A stretch of 64,000 bases of DNA from Microcoleus sp. (GTDB lineage Bacteria > Cyanobacteriota > Cyanobacteriia > Cyanobacteriales > Microcoleaceae). Below, piece after piece: positions 1 to 14,259 of the stretch. How positions within the stretch are numbered: the first letter of the stretch is position 1; every line of letters begins with the position of its first letter. The position numbers and the translations under genes are program-made. The stretch spans positions 4,576,001 to 4,640,000 of the forward strand of contig CP181291.1 in NCBI GenBank assembly GCA_052279835.1. Direction: 5' to 3'. Below the pieces are notes generated by a model that was not told where the DNA came from, did not search any database, and saw nothing but the letters and a program-made list of their open reading frames with translations.

Positions 1-254
1 AGAAACAAGAGGATGTCTCCTGTGGAGGCGGCAGCACCTGCATTCATTTGGGTAGCCCTCCCTGGGGTGGTGAAAATCGTTCGATCGGCTTCATATTTGG
101 CTATTTCAGCAGTGCCATCCTGACTGCCGCCGTCAGCGACTATTATTTCGACATTTTCGGCATTGCGAGCGGTGGAGATGACTTGGGCGATCGTAGAAGC
201 TTCGTTTAAGACGGGAATGATAATAGAAATTTTGAGATTTGCAGTTTCAGGCAT
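1..254 (-). CDS. TIGR04283-like GT2 glycosyltransferase (5' part only; runs off the window edge)
   Basis: Manual translation from ATG 254: MPETANLKISIIIPVLNEA...EIIVADGGSQDGT...GRATQMNAGAAASTGDILLFL; lies downstream of a TIGR04282-like gene, its usual partner. Confidence 0.85.
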   Translation of the reverse strand, partial: MPETANLKISIIIPVLNEASTIAQVISTARNAENVEIIVADGGSQDGTAEIAKYEADRTIFTTPGRATQMNAGAAASTGDILLF

Positions 255-297
255 ACAAAATAAATAAGGGTGCATCTCAATGAGTGCCAATATATTC

Positions 298-370
298 GTA
301 GGGGCTATAGCATGACCGCTGTAAATCTCTGGTTATCCCTAATAAATTGTCTCCGGTCATGCTTCGCCTA
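298..370. repeat. REP-like GTAGGGGC palindromic element
   Basis: Starts GTAGGGGC; inverted arms GCATGACCG (310-318) and CGGTCATGC (354-362). Confidence 0.55.
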
Positions 371-713
371 TGCAAAATCGGGATGCTCCCATAAATAACG
401 CCGTTAGAGTGGGGGTTTTTTACAAAGCTTAAGGTATCATTTGCCAATTTATGCCACTCCTGCAATTACCTATTACCTATCCTGCCCTTACCGATGACCT
501 CACCTAAATGAGAAAGAATATATCTGCTATTACTTACTTTTTCTCGCGCCTGAGAGAATTCTCTCAAGCGCTGTCTAACCACTACTGAGAGTCAGTATTT
601 GGATAGACAAATACAATTACTATATTATGACTTTGTGGTTTCATAAGCAAGTAATTAATTGTAATTATTGATGATAATTACTAATGAATTAGGCTGATTT
701 AGCCTGGTTTTAA

Positions 714-1331
714 TTATCGCAAAATATTGATATCTAAACCGATAAGATCCTCTGGTCGATCGATATCTATTAAAGTAGGGAGAACACCAATATTTAGACC
801 GAGATTTTGGGCGATCGCCAGCGTGTCAGCAAAGACTTCACTGCTTCCCCAGTGAATCCCGTCGAACAATTCAGGTATCAGGCAACGCAGCCCGATTAGA
901 TAATAACCTCCATCTTTTGCAGGGCCCAAAACTAAATCTTTGTCACTGAGAGCGTCAAAAGCTTTGGCCAGAATCTGTTCTTTTAATTTGGGGCAATCAG
1001 TGCCGATAATTGCTACTTTTTCAATACCCCAATTAAAAGATTTTTGAAAGGCTGCGAGCATTCTTGCGCCCAAATCTCCGTCCGACTGTTGATGATAAAC
1101 AATCTCAGTTCCCAACCAGTCTTCCATTAGTTGCTGGCTGCTCCCTGTGTAGTGAATTTCTACGGATAATTGGCGGGAATTTTGAAGAGAGAGGGCGCGG
1201 GCGATCGTCCGTTGAGTCATCAGGCGGTGAAGGTTGGCTGCTCCTTCTTTTCCCAGTACGGGAATTAATCGAGTTTTGGCTTTTCCTGGTGCTGGATAGC
1301 GAGTGAAAATAATTAGTTGTTCTGAAATCAT
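714..1331 (-). CDS. TIGR04282/DUF2064-like nucleotidyltransferase-fold protein
   Basis: Motifs IIFTRYPAPGKAKTRL, GDLGARM, IIGTDCP, LGPAKDGGYYLIG, DIDRPED. Confidence 0.88.
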   Translation of the reverse strand: MISEQLIIFTRYPAPGKAKTRLIPVLGKEGAANLHRLMTQRTIARALSLQNSRQLSVEIHYTGSSQQLMEDWLGTEIVYHQQSDGDLGARMLAAFQKSFNWGIEKVAIIGTDCPKLKEQILAKAFDALSDKDLVLGPAKDGGYYLIGLRCLIPELFDGIHWGSSEVFADTLAIAQNLGLNIGVLPTLIDIDRPEDLIGLDINILR

Positions 1332-1433
1332 TTATCGTCCCTGATGTTTAAAGGAATGACTTAATTGCATCGCTGCGCCCAACCCACCCTAGAAGAGATT
1401 GATTATTAACCGTGAAGGGTCAACAGTGAACTG

Positions 1434-2402
1434 TCAACTCATTTCTAGCATTCGCTGAATCGGTTTTAAAGCTGCTAGTTGCAGTTCTTGAGGCATGGTA
1501 ATTTCTGGGGTTTTATTTTTCATCGTTAGATACAATTTTTCCAAGGTATTCAATCTCATATGTGGACATTCATTGCAAGCACAAGTATTGTTGTTGGGAG
1601 GCGCGGGAATAAAGTGTTTGTGAGGTGTTTGCTTTTGCATTTGGTGAATGATTCCCGGCTCAGTCGCTACAATGAAAGCACTGCTGGAACTAGCTTGAGA
1701 ATATTTGAGTAAAGCTGTGGTGGAGCCGATATAGTTGGCATGGCGGAGTACGGGAGGTTCGCATTCCGGGTGGGCAATGATTTCGGCTTCGGGATTTTCG
1801 ATTTTTAGTTGAACTATCTTTTTTTCTGAGAAGTTTTCATGGACGATGCAAGCTCCTTGCCACAGTTCCATTTTTCTACCGCTTTCTTCCATGACGTAAC
1901 GACCGAGATTGCGATCGGGCCCAAAAATTATCGGCTGGTTTTCGGGGATTTGGTTGACAATTTTTACGGCGTTGGAACTGGTGCAAATAATATCGCTCAT
2001 TGCCTTAATTTCGGCCGTACAATTAATGTAGGAAATTACCAAATGTCCTGGTCGATCGGCTTTGAAAGCTGCAAAGGCTTCGGGAGGACAACTATCGGCG
2101 AGGGAACACCCAGCATTCAAGTCGGGCAACAAGACTAATTTGTCGGGATTGAGGATTTTGGCGGTTTCTGCCATAAAATGGACACCGGCAAACACGATGA
2201 CGTCGGCATTGGTGTTGGCTGCTTTCCGGGCTAGTTCCAGGGAATCACCAATGAAATCGGCGATGTCTTGAATGTCTGAGTCTTGGTAATAATGGGCGAG
2301 AATGACGGCGTTCAACTCTTGTTTGAGGGCTTTAATGGCTGCAAACAAGTCATCGGGCAGTCTGCTTTCGGTCAGGTTGGGAGAACGTGCGGTGGTAAAC
2401 AC
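1434..2402 (-). CDS. nadA: quinolinate synthase
   Basis: [37 protein letters not shown] motifs; GTG start. Confidence 0.97.
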   Translation of the reverse strand: MFTTARSPNLTESRLPDDLFAAIKALKQELNAVILAHYYQDSDIQDIADFIGDSLELARKAANTNADVIVFAGVHFMAETAKILNPDKLVLLPDLNAGCSLADSCPPEAFAAFKADRPGHLVISYINCTAEIKAMSDIICTSSNAVKIVNQIPENQPIIFGPDRNLGRYVMEESGRKMELWQGACIVHENFSEKKIVQLKIENPEAEIIAHPECEPPVLRHANYIGSTTALLKYSQASSSSAFIVATEPGIIHQMQKQTPHKHFIPAPPNNNTCACNECPHMRLNTLEKLYLTMKNKTPEITMPQELQLAALKPIQRMLEMS

Positions 2403-2594
2403 AGTTAAAATATTCCGCGAAAGGTGGTGAAGAAAGCTAAAGTGTACTTTGAATTATAGTTGAATTCACCAAAAAAGACTGGTAGTTCCGTTGAACCCAT
2501 CTAAAATATAAAATTGGCTGGGGGGATGTGTAAAAATTGGTCGCTGTTTCCTATGCTGATAAGAGGGGGGAAGCGATCGCAAAGGGCAAATCAA

Positions 2595-3509
2595 ATGAAT
2601 CAGACTAAATCTATCAAAATTGCAGTGGTGGGGGATGTTCACGATCAGTGGGAAGTGGAAGACGGCGAGGCCCTAAAGCATCTGGGTGTTGATTTGGTGC
2701 TGTTTGTGGGGGATTTTGGGAATGAGTCGGTGGATGTGGTCCGGGCGATTGCCCAATTGGATATTCCGAAAGCCGCTGTCTTTGGTAATCACGATGCTTG
2801 GTACACGGCGACGGATTGGGGCCGCAGTAAGTGTCCCTATGATCGCCAACAAGAAAATCGCGTCAAACAGCAAATAGACTTAATGGGAGAAGCTCACGTC
2901 GGTTACGGCAAACGAGATTTTCCCGAATTGGGCTTAACAGTCGTAGGAAGTCGCCCGTTTACGTGGGGCGGATCGGATTGGAAGTACGGCGATTTTTACT
3001 CGGAGTGGTTTGGGGTAGAGAGTTTTGAGGAGTCGGCGCAACGTATTGCACTTGCGGCTGCGGACGCTGATTGCGAAAATGTGATTTTTTTGGGTCACAC
3101 AGGCCCGACTGGCCTAGGAGAGGCTCCTGAAGATGTCTGCGGGCGAGATTGGAAGCCATTGGGAGGGGATTGGGGCGATCCCGATTTTGCAGAGGCGATC
3201 GAGAAAACTCGTAATTCTGGGAAGCCGATACCTCTGGTAACTTTTGGGCATATGCACCATCAACTCCGCCACATCAAACACGAGTTTCGGAAATCGGTGG
3301 TGAGTGCCAAGGGTACGGTGTATGTGAATGCAGCTAGGGTACCGCGCATTGTGGACAGAGATTGCTCGAAACTACGAAATTTCTCGATCGTGGAACTGGA
3401 TACGGGAGTAGTGTCGGAAGTATCTTTAGTGTGGGTGGGTAAAGATTTCTCTGTGGAAACAGAACAAATTCTTTATCGGCGGACTGAATCTGCAACTACT
3501 TGTGGTTAG
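2595..3509 (+). CDS. TIGR04168/DevT-like metallophosphoesterase
   Basis: GDVH, GDFG, GNHD, GHMH calcineurin-like motifs; start moved to ATG 2595. Confidence 0.85.
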   Translation: MNQTKSIKIAVVGDVHDQWEVEDGEALKHLGVDLVLFVGDFGNESVDVVRAIAQLDIPKAAVFGNHDAWYTATDWGRSKCPYDRQQENRVKQQIDLMGEAHVGYGKRDFPELGLTVVGSRPFTWGGSDWKYGDFYSEWFGVESFEESAQRIALAAADADCENVIFLGHTGPTGLGEAPEDVCGRDWKPLGGDWGDPDFAEAIEKTRNSGKPIPLVTFGHMHHQLRHIKHEFRKSVVSAKGTVYVNAARVPRIVDRDCSKLRNFSIVELDTGVVSEVSLVWVGKDFSVETEQILYRRTESATTCG

Positions 3510-3543
3510 CGACAACTACTGGTATGATGGAGTTTATCCACCT

Positions 3544-3628
3544 GGAGAGGTGGCAGAGTGGTCGAATGCGCCTGACTTGAAATCAGGTGAACTGAAAGGT
3601 TCCGTGGGTTCAAATCCCACCCTCTCCG
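3544..3628 (+). tRNA. tRNA-Ser (TGA)
   Basis: Acceptor GGAGAGG/CCTCTCC, anticodon arm CCTGA-CTTGAAA-TCAGG, long variable arm, T-loop GGTTCAAATCC. Confidence 0.97.
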
Positions 3629-3789
3629 TCGCTTTTTTTTGTTTACTGCCCAGGGTTTTGATTTCATTGCAAAGTCTTTTGGATTCTCCATTTCAAAATG
3701 ACAACGGTCAAATTGACGGCTTAGCCTTTCAATGTTCCTTATGCTCGACTAATTGAGTTGTGGGAATATATCGAGACTAACAATGGCAT

Positions 3790-3828
3790 AAAAACAACAA
3801 AGCCCCTTTCTAGAAGAGAGAAAGAGGC
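3790..3828 (-). terminator. intrinsic terminator of the rRNA operon
   Basis: Minus-strand hairpin GCCTCTTTCT/AGAAAGGGGC followed by TTTGTTGTTTTT just downstream of 5S. Confidence 0.6.
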
Positions 3829-3848
3829 ATTATGTGTGGTAAATAAAT

Positions 3849-3968
3849 CCCAGGCATCGAGCTATTTTCTCAGGCAGTGACCCGCCAAATATCTTCGCCA
3901 CCGCAGCGTTTAACAACCGAGTTCGGGATGGAATCGGAGTGGTGCCACTGCGTCATAGACACCTAGAA
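3849..3968 (-). rRNA. rrf: 5S rRNA
   Basis: Conserved CCATCCCGAACTCGG core; ends approximate. Confidence 0.95.
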
Positions 3969-4030
3969 AAACTGTGGGGTGTAGAACCCTGAAGACTGCA
4001 CAGACACAAAGTAATCACCATCTAAAATTG

Positions 4031-6932
<2,902 letters not shown>

Positions 6933-7129
6933 AACATCATTTACTGATGGTCTTTGGTGAGCGATGCTGATTTCTCAGTTTTCTCACCTGTTTGATGATT
7001 ACTTTGTCTCTATGCAGTTTTCAAGGTTCTTACTAGAGTCGAGACTCCAGCATTCTGACTAGCTTTCGGCTGGTCTAGGTGCTGATTTCTACTTGATCTG
7101 TGTTATTTCTGGGCTTTGTTGAGTGAGAG

Positions 7130-7202
7130 TGGAGGTAAGCGGACTCGAACCGCTGACTTCCTGCGTGCAAGGCAGGCGCTCTACCAACTGAGCTATACCC
7201 CC
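7130..7202 (-). tRNA. tRNA-Ala (TGC)
   Basis: GGGGGTATAGCTCAG...CCTGC-CTTGCAC-GCAGG...TACCTCCA with G3:U70; located in the ITS. Confidence 0.97.
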
Positions 7203-7289
7203 ACTAAGCTAGTGCGTCATTTTTCTGTGCCACATTCAGGACTTTTGGTTCCTTGACTGCACACTGAAAATTCTTCACTTGTTTCCAGG

Positions 7290-7363
<74 letters not shown>

Positions 7364-7480
7364 GTTACCTGAACCCTTTAATAGTTTGAAAGCTTTGACT
7401 CTATTATCTCGAACGACCAGGGATGACTGATTCTAGACCTTGATTGTTTAGGTTCGGTCTGTCTTCAGATGGTCTCCCTA

Positions 7481-8968
<1,488 letters not shown>

Positions 8969-9221
8969 GTTGTTGAGTTTTTTTCGGCTCGTCAAGTTGT
9001 TTTCCGGTTATTTTGGCGATTAGGCCTGATTTCCTTCTTTTTTACTTGACTTTTTTCTCGTTGTTTGTGATATTAAGTATCAGCTACTGCTTTTACTCTC
9101 TATCTCTAATTTTTTGACGAGGTTAATAGTGCTTTAAGCTTTCAAACTATTCTTTTTTCTAGGTTCGGTGTTTACCTTCCGGTTGTGGTTCAGTGAACCG
9201 CTTCCCTTCCGGCGCTTTATT

Positions 9222-9250
9222 AATATACTTATTCCGCAAGATGTTGTCAA
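9222..9250 (-). promoter_or_regulatory. sigma70 rRNA operon promoter
   Basis: TTGACA-17 bp-TATATT on the minus strand; boxA-like GAACCTAGAAAA in the leader (~9155-9166). Confidence 0.85.
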
Positions 9251-10126
9251 GCGTTTTGTGAAATTATTTTGGAGTTTTTTTTAATCCTATACACCGTATG
9301 GCTTTCGGCTCTTAAGAATCCCTCGGCTATCCTACAAGCTGATCCCTTTTTCGCCATTAGTCTCAAGAGTGACCCGGAAAGTGGGTTTTTGGGCGGGACT
9401 GTGCTTGGGGTAGATAGCATTTTTATGGGTAGAACATCATGGGACTAATCATGTCAGCAGGTTAGGAGTACATATATATGTACTAAGCGTCAAGATATTG
9501 ATGCCATCGACGGGAAGTGGTCTTGGCTACTGTGGGTCGATCGCCCTTGGATGACCCCAAACTTTATACTTACGAGATCCGTCAGAAAGTTAGGTCCCGG
9601 ATCAAAGTCGTTGGCGCGAGCAAAAGTGAAGTGGGGCAGATGTGGAACAGAGCCTGGTAACACGATAGAGTTATAGATCGAGCAGTCCATGGATTAGAGA
9701 AGGGAGTGAAGGTCTGCCCAAATAGCTGACTTCCCACGGTGGTACTTTGGTAGCCGGCAGGTAATGCCGATCGAAAGACCGATCGCATAAAATGAAGTGA
9801 AACCAGCTAAGGCTCCTCAAAATCAAACCACAGTTGAGATGGCATTACCTTGGGAAGGACTTTCTCCACTCACACACCATCTCACGGGCCTTGACAAAAT
9901 TGGCTTTACTCGAAAAAAAAAGACACCAGCCTACAGTAAGCGCGATCCAGCTTTCGCAACAGAGGTTTTTCGCTCCGTGGTAAACTCTGCTCCTAGAGAA
10001 GATTGTCGATCGAGAGTTAAACAAGTTTTCCGTGTCAATCCAGCCGAAACATCAAACAGCGTTGGCGGTAAGGGGATATCTCAAGGCGCGATCGTCACAA
10101 ATCTCAAATCCCAAATTCAAAATCCC

Positions 10127-11995
10127 ATGAGTTACTGCCTAAATCCTAACTGTTCCAAGCCAGAAAACCCCGACGCAGCCAAACTATGCAAAAATTGTCG
10201 CTCGAAACTGCTCCTGCGCGATCGCTATCGAGCACTCAAGGCGATAGGACAAGGCGGTTTTGGCAGAACATTGCTCGCCGTTGACGAAGACAAACCCTCA
10301 AAGCCTCGCTGCGTCATCAAACAATTTTTACCCCCGGAAACCCCACTAATCCCCTCAGCCAGTAATCGTAACAGCAAAAAAGCAGCCGAACTTTTTGAAC
10401 AAGAAGCAATGCGATTAGACGAATTAGGCAAACATCCTCAGATTCCCGAATTATTAGCATATTCCATCCAAGACAACCGACAATATGTAGTCCAAGAATT
10501 TATCGACGGGCAAAACCTAGCGCAAATTGTAGAAACCGAAGGCATTTTCACAGAAAGTCAAATTCAAGACTTACTCAATAGCTTACTACCCGTACTTCAC
10601 TTCATTCACTCACACAATGTTATTCACCGAGATATCAAACCAGCAAATATAATTCGTCGTGCCGACCAACAATTAGTTTTAGTAGACTTTGGGGCAGCCA
10701 AAATTGCCACAGGTACAGCATTACTCAAAACAGGAACCAGCATTGGTAGCCCCGAATACATCGCCCCAGAACAAGCTAGAGGCAAAGCATTTTTCACCAG
10801 CGACTTATACAGTTTAGGGGTAACTTGCCTTTATTTACTAACTCAAGTTTCCCCATTTGACCTGTTCGATCCGGGTGAAGATACGTGGATATGGCGACAG
10901 TATTTAGGCAACAACTCAGTTTCTGAAGAATTGGGTCAAGTTTTAGACAAAATGATTGAAAATGCTACTAATCGGCGCTATCAAACGGCGGCTGAAGTAT
11001 TAAAAATATTGAATCCCAAAGCTACTATAAATTTGACGACTCCGCAAATAAATAGCAAGCCCACTCAAGCTATATCCCCGGTCACTCCGCGCCAAAAGCC
11101 GACTAATAACTGGCAATGTATTCACACATTGACAGGTCATAAAAATTTAATTTCCTGTGTTGATTTCAGCCCGAACGGAGAAGTTATCGCTAGCGCCAGT
11201 GATGACAAAACCATCAAACTTTGGCGAGTAGAAACAGCAGCAGAAATTACTACCCTAAGCGGACATACTAACTCCATTCATACAGTAGTATTTAGCCCTA
11301 ATGGAGAGATATTGGCTAGCAGCAGCCACGACAAAAATATCAAATTTTGGCGAATGAAAGATGGTCTAGATATTTGCACCCTTACTGGTCACACTAACTC
11401 AGTTTATGGCTTGGCTTTTAGTCCCGATGGTGAAACTATTGCTAGTAGTAGTTGGGACAAAACAATTAAAATTTGGCGAGTTAAAGATGGGCAAGAACTT
11501 CGCACACTAGCGGGTCACATAAACTTAGTTTATTTTGTGGCTTTCAGTCCCGATGGAGAAATTTTGGCTAGCAGTAGTTGGGACAGAACAATTAAGATTT
11601 GGCGAGTCAAAGATGGGAAACTACTTCGGACGCTTACCGGACATACAGACTGCGTGCGCTGTATCGCTTTTAGTCCCAACGGAGAGTTTCTTGCCAGTGG
11701 CAGTCACGACAATACTATCAAAATTTGGTGGGTGAAAGATTGGCAAGATATTTTAAGTATTACAGGTCATTCTTGGTATGTGGATTCCATTGCTTTTAGT
11801 CCTGATGGCGAGAGTATTGCCAGCAGTAGTAATCAAATCATCAAGATTTGGCAAGTCAAAAATGGTGAAGAAGTTTGTAATATTGCCGGTCATACAAATT
11901 CCGTTTATTCAGTTAATTTTAGTCCCGAAGGAGAATTGATTGCTAGCGGTAGTAGTGATAAAACAATTAAGATTTGGCAGAACGTTAGGGTGTAA
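10127..11995 (+). CDS. Ser/Thr protein kinase with N-terminal 4-Cys prefix and C-terminal 7xWD40
   Basis: MSYCLNPNC...CKNC prefix; GQGGFG, HRDIKPAN, DFG, APE; seven GH..WD-type repeats; start set at ATG 10127. Confidence 0.93.
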   Translation: MSYCLNPNCSKPENPDAAKLCKNCRSKLLLRDRYRALKAIGQGGFGRTLLAVDEDKPSKPRCVIKQFLPPETPLIPSASNRNSKKAAELFEQEAMRLDELGKHPQIPELLAYSIQDNRQYVVQEFIDGQNLAQIVETEGIFTESQIQDLLNSLLPVLHFIHSHNVIHRDIKPANIIRRADQQLVLVDFGAAKIATGTALLKTGTSIGSPEYIAPEQARGKAFFTSDLYSLGVTCLYLLTQVSPFDLFDPGEDTWIWRQYLGNNSVSEELGQVLDKMIENATNRRYQTAAEVLKILNPKATINLTTPQINSKPTQAISPVTPRQKPTNNWQCIHTLTGHKNLISCVDFSPNGEVIASASDDKTIKLWRVETAAEITTLSGHTNSIHTVVFSPNGEILASSSHDKNIKFWRMKDGLDICTLTGHTNSVYGLAFSPDGETIASSSWDKTIKIWRVKDGQELRTLAGHINLVYFVAFSPDGEILASSSWDRTIKIWRVKDGKLLRTLTGHTDCVRCIAFSPNGEFLASGSHDNTIKIWWVKDWQDILSITGHSWYVDSIAFSPDGESIASSSNQIIKIWQVKNGEEVCNIAGHTNSVYSVNFSPEGELIASGSSDKTIKIWQNVRV

Positions 11996-12197
11996 TTTCA
12001 GAAGCAGGAAGAAAGTCCAAGGACTACGTTTATCCATCCACCTAGTCTAGTCCTTGGGTGGTTGTAGCCCAAGGATTACGATCGGGGGTAAAACAAGCTT
12101 TCTATTTGCCCAAATATCTCCGAATCAGGATTTTATCCGGAATAATAGCCAAAGCCAAAGATATATGGAGAGAAGTTCCCGATGCCCCGATGGAGGA

Positions 12198-12653
12198 ATG
12201 CCACCTAAAGCCCACTTAGAATCTCACCTGACGGCAGAGGAACTCAAAATTCGCTACCGGCAGGCCGAAAACACTACAGAGTCCCGTCGCTGGCACTTGC
12301 TATTATTGGTTTCCAGAAATTGGACTATCAAAGAAGCGGCTCAAGTTATAGGTATTAACTACGACTATGCCAAAGAAATTGTCCAGCGCTATAACCGGGA
12401 AGGACCTGACTCTGTGAGAAACCGCAGTGGAGACCGCCAGCCACCTCCTGCTAAATCTTTGCTGAATCCAGAACAGCAAGAAGAACTGCGACAAGCGCTG
12501 CAAGGGTTAGCCCCCGATGGGGGAAATTGGACGGGGCCCAAAGTAGCTCGCTGGATTGCCGAAAAGACTGGTAATAATCATGTCTGGCCACAACGTGGCT
12601 GGGACTACCTGAATCGCTTGGGTGCCGATGGGCCGCGCCGACGGCGAAAGTAG
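12198..12653 (+). CDS. stand-alone IS630-transposase-type HTH protein (no DDE domain)
   Basis: RRWHLLLL, VQRYNREGP, GGNWTGPKVARWI, QRGWDYL resemble IS630 ORF1; GGAGG just before the ATG; no DDE ORF follows. Confidence 0.75.
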   Translation: MPPKAHLESHLTAEELKIRYRQAENTTESRRWHLLLLVSRNWTIKEAAQVIGINYDYAKEIVQRYNREGPDSVRNRSGDRQPPPAKSLLNPEQQEELRQALQGLAPDGGNWTGPKVARWIAEKTGNNHVWPQRGWDYLNRLGADGPRRRRK

Positions 12654-12664
12654 ATTGTATATAG

Positions 12665-12736
12665 TAGACATCTCGCAAAAAGCTGGTCTTGAGCAGGCTG
12701 TCGGGCCTGTAACAGCGGAATTCTGAGAGATTTCTA
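12665..12736. repeat. ~72-bp TA-ended MITE-like element, family A, copy 1
   Basis: Terminal IR TAGACATCTC / GAGATTTCTA; internal CAGGC..GCCTG hairpin. Confidence 0.65.
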
Positions 12737-12906
12737 ATATATGGTGTGGGGCGATTAATCGCCCTTTTTTTGATCTAGCATCGCCGTTGATTTTTACTAG
12801 GATTCCTCAGTCTGACATCGAGAATCTAGAATCGAAAATCTAAAATGGTTTGACTCCTGTAACCATAGCTGCTTATATTGAGTGTGGTGGTGTTCAGGAG
12901 TTGACC

Positions 12907-14211
12907 ATGCTGGGGATAGGGCGTTTTTTTTCGGCGACCAACAAGACTGTCGCAGTAGTAGCTGGAATTGGACTGATTCAGATATTAACGATCGCCAGTT
13001 CATTTTCTCAATCATCAAATCAGCGTTCCCTGGACGAACTTTACAAAATCCGCGATCGCATTATCAGTCAATTAGAACAACCTCCGTCTCCCTCTCCCGA
13101 ACCCACTCTACTTTCCCGTTTAGTTCCCTTCAATCCCAATACTCCTGAAAAACTGATAGAGGAGTTGCAATCAGTCGAGGTTCAAATATTAGTAGAACAA
13201 CGGGCTAACGATAATTTACAGCAAGCAGTTCGTTTAGCAAACGAAGCGGCAGAAGCTGGACGAGAGCCAAATCAATCCCTCGAATATGCGCAGAAAATTC
13301 AATTTTTGTGGCAACAAGCCCTGAACAATTTGTACGAAATTCCACAAAATTCATTTTTAGCGAGTTTAACCGCTTCAAAAATTCAAGAATACCGTAACAA
13401 TCTAACAGCAGCTAGCTTGGAAGTCAAACAAGCAAAATCAGATTTTTTGGCTTCTGTTGCCAGGGAAAGTGGCTTATCCAATCAAGCTTCTATCGGCATT
13501 TGCCACCTTTCCAGAGACTGCGTGCACCTGCGAGGCGATTTACCTCCAGTGAGTCCAGCTAGCTTAATTAAACTGCCGATTGCTGTGGCCCTGATGCAAA
13601 AAGTGGCACAAGAAAAAATCAGTCTTAACAAACAAGTATTTGTTGATTCTGGTAATTTTACTGAAGACTCATCGAGCGAGATTTTGTCCAATCGCAATTA
13701 CCCGCTACAAAAACTGTTAGAAGAAATGATCGATCGCAGCAGCAATATTGCCACCAATCAACTGATCGATTACTTGGGTTCCGATTACATAAATCAATTT
13801 TTAGCAAATCGTGGCTACCAAGTAACCCGTGTCAACTTCAAATTAATGGGAGCAAAGATTATGCCTAGTAACCCTGGTAATGGTCCGAACAGAGTGACTG
13901 TTAACGAACTGACGGAAATGATGGTACAAATTTACAACGGCGAAACACCCGGTGCTAAACTGTTAGTGGAGACTCTCAACCAACAGTACGATCGCAACCT
14001 GGGATTTGCGGCGTTGCAAGGAACGAAAGCACAGTGGCTAGGTGAAAAAACAGGAGAAAATTCCCTGGTACTCGGCACAACTTTAGCCATGAGTATTGAC
14101 GGTGAAGCCTATGTGATCACTGTAATTGACAACAGCAGTGGCAGCGATACAGAAATGCGAAAGTCGATCGCCAAAATCGCCGATTATATTTCCAACCACC
14201 CCGATTTTTAG
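12907..14211 (+). CDS. class A beta-lactamase-like serine hydrolase with helical N-terminal region
   Basis: SxxK (ASLIK), SxN (SSN) and KTG motifs; N-terminal hydrophobic segment; AGGAG RBS. Confidence 0.85.
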   Translation: MLGIGRFFSATNKTVAVVAGIGLIQILTIASSFSQSSNQRSLDELYKIRDRIISQLEQPPSPSPEPTLLSRLVPFNPNTPEKLIEELQSVEVQILVEQRANDNLQQAVRLANEAAEAGREPNQSLEYAQKIQFLWQQALNNLYEIPQNSFLASLTASKIQEYRNNLTAASLEVKQAKSDFLASVARESGLSNQASIGICHLSRDCVHLRGDLPPVSPASLIKLPIAVALMQKVAQEKISLNKQVFVDSGNFTEDSSSEILSNRNYPLQKLLEEMIDRSSNIATNQLIDYLGSDYINQFLANRGYQVTRVNFKLMGAKIMPSNPGNGPNRVTVNELTEMMVQIYNGETPGAKLLVETLNQQYDRNLGFAALQGTKAQWLGEKTGENSLVLGTTLAMSIDGEAYVITVIDNSSGSDTEMRKSIAKIADYISNHPDF

Positions 14212-14259
14212 TGAACACGATTTAAACAGAGTCATCAAAATAGGGAGTAAATTGTAGCT

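Noticed and set aside
3544..3628. Possible tRNA-Sec, given the SelD-like flavoprotein in the window
   Set aside because: The anticodon is TGA (Ser), not TCA, and the 7-bp acceptor stem is standard
9797..10126. 110-aa N-terminal extension of the WD40 kinase
   Set aside because: The family starts at MSYCxNPxC (as in the paralog at 53919); the extension has no recognisable protein features
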